Assembly: GCA_004764695.1 (NCBI GenBank)
Contig: SMSO01000032.1
Location: 6,542,483 to 6,606,482 of the forward strand
DNA: 64,000 nt
Direction of reading: 5' to 3'
Source of the DNA: Schizochytrium sp. TIO01
Taxonomy: Eukaryota; Protista; Bigyra: Labyrinthulomycetes
Shown in pieces: positions 1-9,621 of this stretch (positions within the stretch are counted from its first letter, which is position 1; the number at the start of each line of letters is the position of its first letter). The notes beneath the pieces were generated by a model. It searched no databases, was not told the DNA's origin, and was given only the letters and a program-made list of their open reading frames with translations. Both the position numbers and the translations under genes were made by a program.

Positions 1-300
1 CGTTTGTGTCTGAGTTGTTGAACAAGAGAAGACTAACCTCAAACTTACTTTGACATCACAGAATCAGGAAACATTATTTTCTCAACCACATGAAACAACC
101 TCGAATCCACTTTTTGCTGGAACCACTGTTTACCCCTCACAAGTATTTTTGATCCTGTAAAATTATATGTACCAAAGTTTCATAACTTCTGTTTTATAAT
201 CCAACAAATGCTCTTTAATCATAGAAGGTGGCGACTCTTTATCTAATCTTCATGGATAAATCTTGTTCGATTTCTTTCCTTGGTTGTGTGGGTTTATCGC

Positions 301-2172
301 CTATTTTGAGCTCTCCAAGCGCTTTTTACATTCGCGAAGACCACCAGCACATTTGTAAGAAAGCATGTGGCTAAACGAAAAAGGCCGCTTCCGATTGTTG
401 GCAAGTCGGGCAGACCTCTCAAAGAGCTCCTTTGCTTCTTCAAACTTTTTCTGCCGCATTTTGATAGCAGCCATTTCGTACATGGCCCAGGGCGGGGCGT
501 ACATATCATTGACTGCAAGAGCAGCCATAAGAGCAGCATCTGCATCCTTGGGCTGAGTCAACGCCTCGAGGTCAGCCTCGGCAGTAGCTAAGTCGCCACA
601 AAGTGCGGAAATGTGTGCCGCGACTAGCGTACAAGCCGCAAGCTCCTCCAACGCAACGGGATTAGCATCTTTCGGTACGTTCAAAAGATCACGCGGTGCC
701 TCCAGTCCAGTCTCCTGAGCTATCTTGAGCACCTCGGCTTTACGCGCATTAAGCCATTTCAAATTAGCCTCGCGATCTTTGCCCAACACCGGAGAATAAC
801 ACTTAAGATGGCCAAAGATATACAGAATTTCATAGCCGAGAAGCTGTTTGTGTGTTCGGCGCATAAGAGCCGCTTGTTTCAGCAAAATAGATTGATCCAT
901 CCGCCCAAGATCAGGTTCATCGCCCATTACCTTGATTAGGTGTGCAGCCCTTTCATTGTCCGGCTCTGACTTCATGGCATAACAGGCTGAGAGGAGCGCT
1001 GTGGCGAGAACCTTGGCTCCAAACGTGCTCTCTGGTGCTGCAAGAGGCTCAAGCAGTTCGATAGTGGTATTGAACTCAAAGCCGACCATATGCAACGTGG
1101 CGCGGTCGTACTGCATGCGGTATGCATGAATATCAGACCGTCCTAAGGCATCAACCTCCTTAGTAGCTTTGGGCCCAATGTCATCAAGGATTTGCATTGC
1201 TGTTGTAAGCTCACCACGTCGACGTAAGATATGTGAAGCTACTAGCCTTGCGAGAATTGATTGAGGGTCGCGTGCCAGTTCCTTTGATATAGCGCTGTGA
1301 GCCTGCTCCATATGTTCTTTGATGTCGTCATTATATTCCTGCTGCGAAAGCATCAGGTGGTGAAGAGAAAGAATGATGGTGCCAAGCGTACTTGGCTCGT
1401 ATTCTGAAGACTTACATACAAGTGTAAGTTGGGCTAGACCAGCCTCTTTATCTGATTCGAAGCCAATTAGCGAGAACACCTTTTGCATAAATGGCGGAAG
1501 GTTACTTAACATGAGCAAAAATACGCCTCGAACAAGTTGTGCGAATTGAGCAGGATCTCCGTCTACAGGGTCTTGCGGCGCATTCCGTGCGAGGAGCCAC
1601 GAAGACCGCAAGGCCAACGCGCCCTTGAGCTGAGAATGTTTCATGAAAAGAGCGATAGCTTGAAAGAGATACATGAGCGCCTGCATACCGACAATACGCC
1701 TCCACTCTGCCAAAGCTGTGCGCGCCTCTTCACTAAATGCTTTGTAACTGTTTCCGGTCGTGTTCGAGCTCCATGGGTGTGAGTATGATGAAGTCCTGAG
1801 CATACTGAAGATTGAGGACCTCCCACTAGATGTGAGGCTAGAGAATTTCTTTTGTGCTGCATCAGACGCAGCGCTGCAGAGGTCTTCAGCTTTAGAGACA
1901 CGATCTAAACATGCATCGGCCAAATTGCGGTCTCCTGCAAGCATCAGTCGCATTATATTCGCCATCGCGTATCTTGACGCACATCCGTAATGTGCTTTAT
2001 GTGCCTTTGACTTTTCCCAAAGCTCTTCAGCTTTGCTAAGCTCGCCGGCGGAGAGGTACACGGCGCCTTGGGCCTCAAGATCGGCCCATCTTCCACTGGA
2101 GATCCTTGAAATTGAACCCGAGCTGCTAATCGATTTGCTCGAAGCAGGTCTTGTGGTTTCTGCCTCAAGCAT
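301..2172 (-). CDS. TTC39/Iml2 (DUF3808)-family tetratricopeptide-repeat protein, 623 aa
   Basis: Uninterrupted 623-aa ORF with family-typical segments LKGALALRSSW and GVFLLMLSNLPPFMQKVFSLIGFESDKEAGL, TPR-like helices, and C-terminal PWAMYEMA. Start context gccgtcATG. Confidence 0.8.
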   Translation of the reverse strand: MLEAETTRPASSKSISSSGSISRISSGRWADLEAQGAVYLSAGELSKAEELWEKSKAHKAHYGCASRYAMANIMRLMLAGDRNLADACLDRVSKAEDLCSAASDAAQKKFSSLTSSGRSSIFSMLRTSSYSHPWSSNTTGNSYKAFSEEARTALAEWRRIVGMQALMYLFQAIALFMKHSQLKGALALRSSWLLARNAPQDPVDGDPAQFAQLVRGVFLLMLSNLPPFMQKVFSLIGFESDKEAGLAQLTLVCKSSEYEPSTLGTIILSLHHLMLSQQEYNDDIKEHMEQAHSAISKELARDPQSILARLVASHILRRRGELTTAMQILDDIGPKATKEVDALGRSDIHAYRMQYDRATLHMVGFEFNTTIELLEPLAAPESTFGAKVLATALLSACYAMKSEPDNERAAHLIKVMGDEPDLGRMDQSILLKQAALMRRTHKQLLGYEILYIFGHLKCYSPVLGKDREANLKWLNARKAEVLKIAQETGLEAPRDLLNVPKDANPVALEELAACTLVAAHISALCGDLATAEADLEALTQPKDADAALMAALAVNDMYAPPWAMYEMAAIKMRQKKFEEAKELFERSARLANNRKRPFSFSHMLSYKCAGGLRECKKRLESSK

Positions 2173-2331
2173 GACGGCTGAAAAGATCGATCCTGAGTGT
2201 TAGACTCCCAGACAACCCTTGTCTCTTTCGAGATTGCGTCGACGATGAAGACGCTCTCAGCAGACTTAAGTTCCAGGTTTGGGACCAAATGAAGAGGATC
2301 ACTTTTGCTTTTGCTTCAAGTTTGAAGGTCT

Positions 2332-2350
2332 GTAGTAGTAGTAGTAGTAG
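2332..2350. repeat. (GTA)n microsatellite
   Basis: gtagtagtagtagtagtag, read directly. Confidence 0.85.
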
Positions 2351-3626
2351 AGCTAGATCGTGAGCGTGGGTTTCCTTCTGTGACGATGATGGGCCTATTC
2401 AATTTCTTCATTTGTTCCTTCATGGCAATGATTTAAGTTCATTGAAATCAATAAAAACCTTCCGAAGCGCTACTCTTATTGTTTCCCTTAATAGATGCCT
2501 AAACACTTTAATCAAAATGTGCGATTCATAGTGAATTGAATTCTTGCACTAAGAACTCTGACAAACTTCATTATTCTATTCGATGTGCACTGAAACGGCC
2601 GTTGAGCAAAACTCTTAAACGTGGTGATATATCTCAAGACAGGAAAGGCGAGACCGAAGCCCCATGAGCCTCTGGTGGCTGTATAATACCGCCATGCCTT
2701 CTTCATAAAAGGAAGTCGCTCTTATGAGCAGGCAAGTAAATGAATAATGAATATTAATTAGAGGTAATCTTAGAAGCCAGTGGGCTTATTTTATTGTACG
2801 ACAACTCTTTGTTCTTTTTAAGCCGTCAAAGAACTGGACGCTAGGGAGCAAAGAAGCGCTTCTTCTGATACTTTACATTCTCCCTAGGTAGTTGCAGGCT
2901 TTGCGATGTTAAGGAGGCACAGTGTGTTGCGCTTCACCTTTGCTTCGAGTTCTGATCAAAAGTCAAGCTCAGAAAGAGAAGCAAGCAAGCAGTCAAGGAG
3001 GATTGCGAATTGTTTTAATGGTCGAAAGGCGTCATCGTAAATTAAGTAGTGCAAGATATTATATCAAAAGTATGATGGGAAACACAGCAGAGTTTAGAAG
3101 AATCAAACTAAAGAGTGGCGAGAAAATCAATGGTTGGTTTGCTGAGTGGAGAAAAGAGGCAAGTAAAACTCTTGCAGAGAAGCTTTTTTTACTTAAATTA
3201 TCAATAGTCTACTTTTGAGGAGAATAATGGCATCCTGAGAAACGTAAATACTGCTCATGAGTTTCCAAAATACATGAGCTATAGATGTCGTTAAATAAGA
3301 TGCAGTTTGCTTGAGTTAACTAGACCATTACAACCTAGGATCACAACAAATTTAGGATGCCGCAGTGCATATGTCTGAGCCCATGCAAAGATGTCGCATC
3401 GCGTTTTTGCTACGAGAGGATTAAGCACTGAGATATTAAAAAGAGCAGATAAAGGTGATTTTCAATCGTGGGAGAGGGAATGAATTTACGAAAATGTCAG
3501 AAAGTAGGTAAGAAAAGACCAAATAGTTTTTCAATCTATAAAGTGTCTCGGATTACAACGTAATTCCAAGGCTGAGAGGGTCAGAGTAAGGATGCAATTC
3601 GCGATGATAAAAACATGGAATAGCGC

Positions 3627-4694
3627 TTAGATATCCGGCTGCTCCGGGGTGGTGCAGCCGCTGCGCTGGATGATAACGCGTGCAGCGTAGTGTCCACTGC
3701 GCACGCACTCGGCAAGGGGGAAGCCAGCAGCAAGACGTGCGAGGAATCCTCCCACGAAGGCATCACCGGCACCGTTGGTGTCGACGAGGAGGTCGAAGTT
3801 AAGCTTGGGCACAGGGTAGAGAGTGACCTCACCGTTGAAAGCAACGATGGTCGGCTCGGAACCCTGGGAGAACACCACGGTACGCGGGCGAGCTCCAGAG
3901 ACCTTGGGCATGGCACTGAGGCGAAGAGCCGCCTCAACAAGGTCACAGTCCCAACCCTGCTTCTTGGCAAAAGTCTCAGCCTCGGTCTCGTTGGCGAAGA
4001 CAAAGTCGGTGTACGGGAGAGCCTTGTTCATCTGCTCCGCGAAGAAGTCAATGAGGAAAGGGGCCGAGAGGTTCATGGCAAAAACCTTGCTGTTCTCCGC
4101 GGCGTGCTTGGCCACGTAGTCAATAGTCTGCGGGCCCTCAGGCACGGTCAAGAAAAAGCTGGCGATGTAGTAGATCTGGGCCTTCTCAATCACAGCCTTC
4201 ACGGCCTCGCTGAGGGTGTGCTCGTGCTTGTAGCAGTTAGCGGCGTCGAGGCGGGTGACCATGGTGCGCTCCTTCTCGTGCACCACAACGGCACACACAC
4301 CAGTGGGGGCCTCGGAGGTCTCGTAGTAGTGCTGGGTAACACCAGCATCCTCGCAGGCCTTCTTGAGCTGGGCACCGAAGTCATCCTTACCGACAGCGCC
4401 GAGGAAACCGGTGGCCTTCTCGGACTGGGACATCCACTGTGCAACACGGATAGAGTTCTGAGTGGCACCGCCAGCGACGTACTGAACGTCGAAGTTGTTT
4501 ACGAGCTCCTCGTAGATAGGGAGGTGCTTCTCCTCAGCAAGGATGCCGTCGCTAGGCTTGAGACCGTACTTATCAAGGATCTCCTGAGGGCAGTGAGCCA
4601 TGACGTCAAGCAGGGGGTTGCCGACACCAAGGATGCAGCCCTCAGCGAGCTTCTTGGGGGCACCAGGGCCATCGAAAACCTTAGCCTCGACCAT
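3627..4694 (-). CDS. ADK: Adenosine kinase (PfkB/ribokinase family), 355 aa from MVEAK
   Basis: Motifs GVGNPLLD, GGATQNSIR, FANETEA and PfkB signature DTNGAGDAFVGGFL. The track start at 4706 is a TTG; the first ATG is at 4694 (agcaagATGg). Strong C/G third-position codon bias. Confidence 0.95.
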   Translation of the reverse strand: MVEAKVFDGPGAPKKLAEGCILGVGNPLLDVMAHCPQEILDKYGLKPSDGILAEEKHLPIYEELVNNFDVQYVAGGATQNSIRVAQWMSQSEKATGFLGAVGKDDFGAQLKKACEDAGVTQHYYETSEAPTGVCAVVVHEKERTMVTRLDAANCYKHEHTLSEAVKAVIEKAQIYYIASFFLTVPEGPQTIDYVAKHAAENSKVFAMNLSAPFLIDFFAEQMNKALPYTDFVFANETEAETFAKKQGWDCDLVEAALRLSAMPKVSGARPRTVVFSQGSEPTIVAFNGEVTLYPVPKLNFDLLVDTNGAGDAFVGGFLARLAAGFPLAECVRSGHYAARVIIQRSGCTTPEQPDI

Positions 4695-4710
4695 CTTGCT
4701 AAACAAAGAG

Positions 4711-5242
4711 CTACGGGAAATCTAAATGCGAGTGTGTTGTCTAAAGCATTTTGCCGAAGTTGAAGAAGATTTCATTTCCAAGAGATAATATTGAAGGCGA
4801 ACAATTTGGACAATAGATATCAAAAGCAGCCGCAACAACGCATGAAGCAATGGAGTTGCAGGAGTTACATATCCAATCCAGCAAAAGCACAAGAATCGTT
4901 TTCAAATCACACTAAAGCGTTAGTAACTCAAATTATAAACCTTCAAAGTCAGCGCCTCATATCCTCAAGATCACCCAAAAGATCAGATCTCTCCCTTGCC
5001 ATGACCAGGCATTTCCAAAATGGCCAGTTATGAAAGCAAGAACGGAGGAAACCCCTCCAATCACAGCTGTGTGCATGCAGTCACAGGTGTCTTCGTGAGC
5101 TCTTTTCCCATCCCGCTACCGACAACCACCAGACCCAAGAGGCGATAAGCCTGTTCAGTATTATCTCAGTTGAGATTTGTAGCACACGAGACGCCGAGCT
5201 GAGCAGCCGCGGCCAATCCCGCTCCCAGCGTGCACGACCTAC
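4711..5242 (-). other. Putative 5'-UTR intron of ADK
   Basis: Minus-strand donor AAG|GTAGGT at 5242 and acceptor tttcccgtAG at 4711, 16 nt upstream of the ATG. An alternative acceptor tttAG lies at 4699. Confidence 0.4.
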
Positions 5243-5951
5243 CTTCGCGCAATCCGTTTTTGTGGAGAATCTGTGGCTGATTGTGCTTGCGCAATAGGGG
5301 CTCATAGTTTATTCTATGAAACCATAGAGGACTCCTACGTGCAGAGGTATATTCAGAGATCCTACGCTGTTCAGGAAATATGATTGGGCAAAATAAAACC
5401 AAGAAATGATATGTTTGCGATGGTGGCGTCAATATCGGACGCTGATTTAACCGTTTATTCGTCTGGCCTCTTGGCACTATGGCGCTGTGAACCATGGGGA
5501 GCTCAGCTAAGCACCAGCTACTTTTCTGACATGTGTATGAATGAATGTATGTATGTATATAAGCTAATCAGTTGTAATGAGCTGGTATCTGCAGTAGTAG
5601 CCAGGCTGTCTTAGGCTGAAGGAATGTATGAAAAGGAATCTTCAGCAGCGAGCTTCCTGGAAATTAGCGCACCAGTGCCGTGGTGAGACAATCCTGCAGC
5701 ATTGACTGAAAGTTGTAGAGATGTGTAATGGGTGAATCTTTTGGCTTGAGGGGAGTTTCCAAGTTAAGAACTAAAATCGATATATAAGGGAGTTTCGAAT
5801 AGAGAGAGCAAAATCGTCGTTTTTTAACTTCAAGACATGAGAAAGTGTATGGTTCTATCCTATCGTTCTTTCTTTTGGTTTGTTTTACTTTTAAAAAGTG
5901 GTAAAGTTACCTTTGGGTTTCCAGATAAACAAACAAAATGAAGAAACTTTT

Positions 5952-8900
5952 CTACTGCTTGATTGTATCGTCAGTATACAAATCAAAACTAACGTTTTCA
6001 GAGATACGCAAGTTGTCTGCATACACAGGCTTGCGCAGAAAATGTTCCATGAACGTGAACAGATCATCAAGCGCGAATGAAATGTCCAGAAGGCTATCGT
6101 TCAAAAGAGGGAAATTACACATTAGTGCAAAATCCTTGGAGGCAAGAATATGTGTCAGGAAGACATCATCACTGTAAGCACGGCTCAAGACATCCTGCAA
6201 AACCTCTTCAAGAACATGAGGGGTAGCTGCTACTGGGCGAAGCACGGGCATAGCATCGCGGCTGTGAGATTTAAAGCGGGCAGCAACTACTGCAAATGCG
6301 GAAGTCAGCCATCGATTCATTGCAAACAGATCTCTAGCTGTACCAGGACGCATGGCTACTGTCGAGCTACCGTCTGGGTCTCGTAGGTAGACATAAATTC
6401 CTCCTAAGTGGTGAAGCTTCCATAAGGCATGCCAAATTCTTCTGGTACTATTGACTGCCTTTACATATAGATCATAGGGTGCGTCAAAGTTGATGTGCTG
6501 CATAGACTCAAGCTCTGCCGAACGCAAGCGCAAAGTCATGTCAACAAATAAATTTCGAGCAATGCGATCTTCAAAGGACGTAACATTTGGAATGTCATGG
6601 ACGTGAATTCGTGGATGCTCAAACCTATCTGAAAGCATTTGTTCAAACAAGACTATAAAGTCTTGATAAATCTCGCTAAGTGACTCACGAATAATTGAAC
6701 GACCACTCGTTGGCCACAAGAATAACGCTAAAGGTACAGCAACACCAGCGCCTAAAAATGATGAGCCAACCACATAGCCACCCTGAATCCAAATTTCGGT
6801 TCGATACGGATCCTCAGTTTGGACAAAAATGACTGCTAAACTCACAACGGTACGTAAGCCTGCAAATGCGATATAAAGATATTTTGGTGAAACTGTTTTG
6901 AACCAAAGATAAGCGCTCAAGGCCACGATTTCAGCGGCATAAAGGATCCATTTGTGTGTTGTGGGATTGCAAGATCCGATGCAAGCTAACTGCCATGCAA
7001 TACCGACGACTATGAAACCCATAACTAGCCCAAAAAGACGATGAAAGGTGCGCTCAAGCATCAAACCAGTTTGTGATTTGTATAAGATGACTTGAAATGT
7101 GAAAACTGCATTAACTACCTGCACTGAAGAATACCAAGTTGCTGATGATTCGAGCGTTCCAGGAAGAACCAATAACGTAGTACCTAAAGCAAATTTGATT
7201 GGTGCTTTCCAAGTATAGCCAGCCAGGAAGGAACTCATCCAGTTTTCTGTGCGTGCCATACAACCATTCAAGTGAACATAAAATGATTCACGTTTCACAA
7301 CCTTTCTAGAAGTCACAAATTTCCCCGGAAATGGAAAAGTCATATACCACTCCCTTTTCCAGGATTCACTTCGAATCTGTTGCTCTTTACGAAGATCCTC
7401 GAGAGTACCTTTGTGATGTTTTACGAGCTGGAGCAGTACCAAAATATATGCTGCAAGCTTGGTCCGCTTGACAACGGCCCGGTGATTGGGTCGTGAAGCA
7501 TCATATTTTTTCGTAGCATGGATCGTCAAGTAGCGTTCCATCCAAGACATTGATAGCATATGTAGCTCCTCACTAAGAATCTCAAGTGCAGCTTGCTCTT
7601 GGTCTAGCAATGCTAATGTTGCATTTCTTCCGCTCAGCTCTTGAACTTTTAAAGGTGACTGGCTTGCTAAAATTGCAAAACGGTGAGCTCCAAGCTCCAG
7701 AATTAAATTGATTTGAGTAAGCAAGAGAGGGATACGACGACGTTCCTGAATTTTACGCGCTAAATCTGATTTGTCAGTTTTGAAAGACTCCATAGCCTCA
7801 CGTTCTAAAAACATAATTTTTTCTTGCTCCAGAGCCTCTTCCGCCTCTGCAGTGTTTTCGTGAATCCGTGCGTAGTTGCGTTCTAGCTTCGCCAATAAAT
7901 CGGTGGCCACTGATCGAGCACATCGAGAGGTTGAAAGAATGCGTTCGTGTCTAGAAATGTACGCCATACCTTCACCCTGGCATGTAAACCGTGTCTCGAG
8001 CAGGGCAAACTCTACCCATCTCTGGGTTCTATGCAAAGTTTCGACATCCTCCTCTCGAGCATCGGACAGGTCCTTCAGGAGACGCTCAGGCACGCCAAAA
8101 ACACTCTTTTGAGCTGTTGGATCCAAAGAATTTTCCGCGATATGATCAAAGACGGGTCTAAGGCGCCTTAAAAGCTTTGCATAGGACCGGTACCGTTCTT
8201 TCATGGAGCCCCTTGCTAAAGGTGTGGCGCGCCATGGAAACAACGCAAGCGTGCCAAACAAATGGAGGGTAAAATGACACCCAATTGCAAATGTTGCACC
8301 GTCAACCACATCTATAGCTTTACTAAATTTAACGTCCTCTGCGTTTCCTTGCAGATGATAAACCTTCCACACATTCACCTGAATCAAGTTAAACGTAATG
8401 GTCATTACAAGCATAGGGCGCATGATGGCAGGGTTATTTAGTCCTGCATACATTGTCATTAGGTTCAAGATTCCAAGCAGAGTCATAAAGGCACCTAGTT
8501 GCGATGTTGCAACCCCAATCATAAAGACAGACCAAGTATAAATCAGAGGCCATGAAACCGCGACAGTCAGCACCTGTTGGACTTCCACTCCAACACATGT
8601 CTCATTTAGGGGACGAAGAGCCAACGCAATTACACCGATTGGAATTAAAATTGCCAAACCATCTGCGACATCTCGTACCCGAGCAAAGAAGGGCATTACT
8701 AAAGCAACAGAGGAGATCACAGCATTGCGAATTACAATTTTCATTTCTCGGGAAATTTTGAAGCGAGAGAACCGGGAACTCTTATGCTGCACTTCAGAAC
8801 TGGGAAGCTTAATGGGGAATTTCCGTTTTTCCTCAATTTCACGGAACATGTGACAATATTTGTCACTTATCGAAATATGAATTTCGTCGGTGTTGTGAAC

Positions 8901-9209
8901 TTCATGTTCGCTAGGACTATTATTGTCATCGTTTTTTTCAATACAAAAATGTTCTTCTGGCTCAACTCGTTCATCTTGAGGGGATACAATCTCCTCAGGC
9001 TTAATAAGATCACGAAGGTAGTTTTGCGCGTATTGATTAACCTTACCTAATACTTGGTTGTCACATACCGCCTCCGAGCTGTCCTCAAGTGAGACAAGCT
9101 CATTAAGTTCTTCCTCTACCTGTTTGTCTAGTCGCCGCTGCGCCTGTAGTAAGCGATGCGAAACTTGATTTCTCCGCTTCCAATCCTCGAATTTGCTTGT
9201 TTTAATCAT
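5952..9209 (-). CDS. ALMT/FUSC (ArAE)-superfamily multi-pass membrane channel/exporter, paralog 1, 1085 aa
   Basis: Two hydrophobic blocks of about 6 TM segments, ending LFPW and FLWP, each followed by a helical cytosolic domain. FUSC-like segments WKAPIKFALGTTLLVLPG and TGLMLERTFHRLFG. Aligns by eye along its full length with seven paralogs. Confidence 0.8.
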   Translation of the reverse strand: MIKTSKFEDWKRRNQVSHRLLQAQRRLDKQVEEELNELVSLEDSSEAVCDNQVLGKVNQYAQNYLRDLIKPEEIVSPQDERVEPEEHFCIEKNDDNNSPSEHEVHNTDEIHISISDKYCHMFREIEEKRKFPIKLPSSEVQHKSSRFSRFKISREMKIVIRNAVISSVALVMPFFARVRDVADGLAILIPIGVIALALRPLNETCVGVEVQQVLTVAVSWPLIYTWSVFMIGVATSQLGAFMTLLGILNLMTMYAGLNNPAIMRPMLVMTITFNLIQVNVWKVYHLQGNAEDVKFSKAIDVVDGATFAIGCHFTLHLFGTLALFPWRATPLARGSMKERYRSYAKLLRRLRPVFDHIAENSLDPTAQKSVFGVPERLLKDLSDAREEDVETLHRTQRWVEFALLETRFTCQGEGMAYISRHERILSTSRCARSVATDLLAKLERNYARIHENTAEAEEALEQEKIMFLEREAMESFKTDKSDLARKIQERRRIPLLLTQINLILELGAHRFAILASQSPLKVQELSGRNATLALLDQEQAALEILSEELHMLSMSWMERYLTIHATKKYDASRPNHRAVVKRTKLAAYILVLLQLVKHHKGTLEDLRKEQQIRSESWKREWYMTFPFPGKFVTSRKVVKRESFYVHLNGCMARTENWMSSFLAGYTWKAPIKFALGTTLLVLPGTLESSATWYSSVQVVNAVFTFQVILYKSQTGLMLERTFHRLFGLVMGFIVVGIAWQLACIGSCNPTTHKWILYAAEIVALSAYLWFKTVSPKYLYIAFAGLRTVVSLAVIFVQTEDPYRTEIWIQGGYVVGSSFLGAGVAVPLALFLWPTSGRSIIRESLSEIYQDFIVLFEQMLSDRFEHPRIHVHDIPNVTSFEDRIARNLFVDMTLRLRSAELESMQHINFDAPYDLYVKAVNSTRRIWHALWKLHHLGGIYVYLRDPDGSSTVAMRPGTARDLFAMNRWLTSAFAVVAARFKSHSRDAMPVLRPVAATPHVLEEVLQDVLSRAYSDDVFLTHILASKDFALMCNFPLLNDSLLDISFALDDLFTFMEHFLRKPVYADNLRISENVSFDLYTDDTIKQ

Positions 9210-9621
9210 ACCTGAAAACCTGTAAGTGTTATGATCGATGCAGCTGATGCAAATGTTTTACATACCCAAGCTGACGAGGGTCTGTGTTTTGGTTTTTACC
9301 TCCCAAATATTTCTGCAGTGCTTGTTTTTTTCGCAAAGATAAATAAGATACTACACCAGATACTCGCGCTCCTTTTTATCTATCGTCGTCTATCAACACC
9401 AAGAAATTTTTTGGATTATCCTAGTAGCCAAACGCTGGGTTGCTCTGTGGCTGCAGGGTTAGAGAACTTCAGCACTTTTCCAGTATGTGGTACGCCAAAC
9501 CCAATCTTGCCCACTTTGGCGTGCCTCTGCGTCGCTGAGTACCTAGCTCAGACAAGCAAGGACCCTCAGACCACTCTGAAGGGGGCAACCCAGCGTCAAT
9601 GGGGTCTGCCCTGACAGGTTT
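9210..9621 (-). promoter_or_regulatory. Putative AUG-depleted 5' leader of paralog 1
   Basis: 412 nt with a single sense ATG (9263-9261), which lies inside a GTATGT donor-like site. Confidence 0.5.

Noticed and set aside
3690-4763. 357-aa + strand ORF
   Set aside because: Antisense shadow of the codon-biased ADK gene, with a GTG start and no protein motifs.
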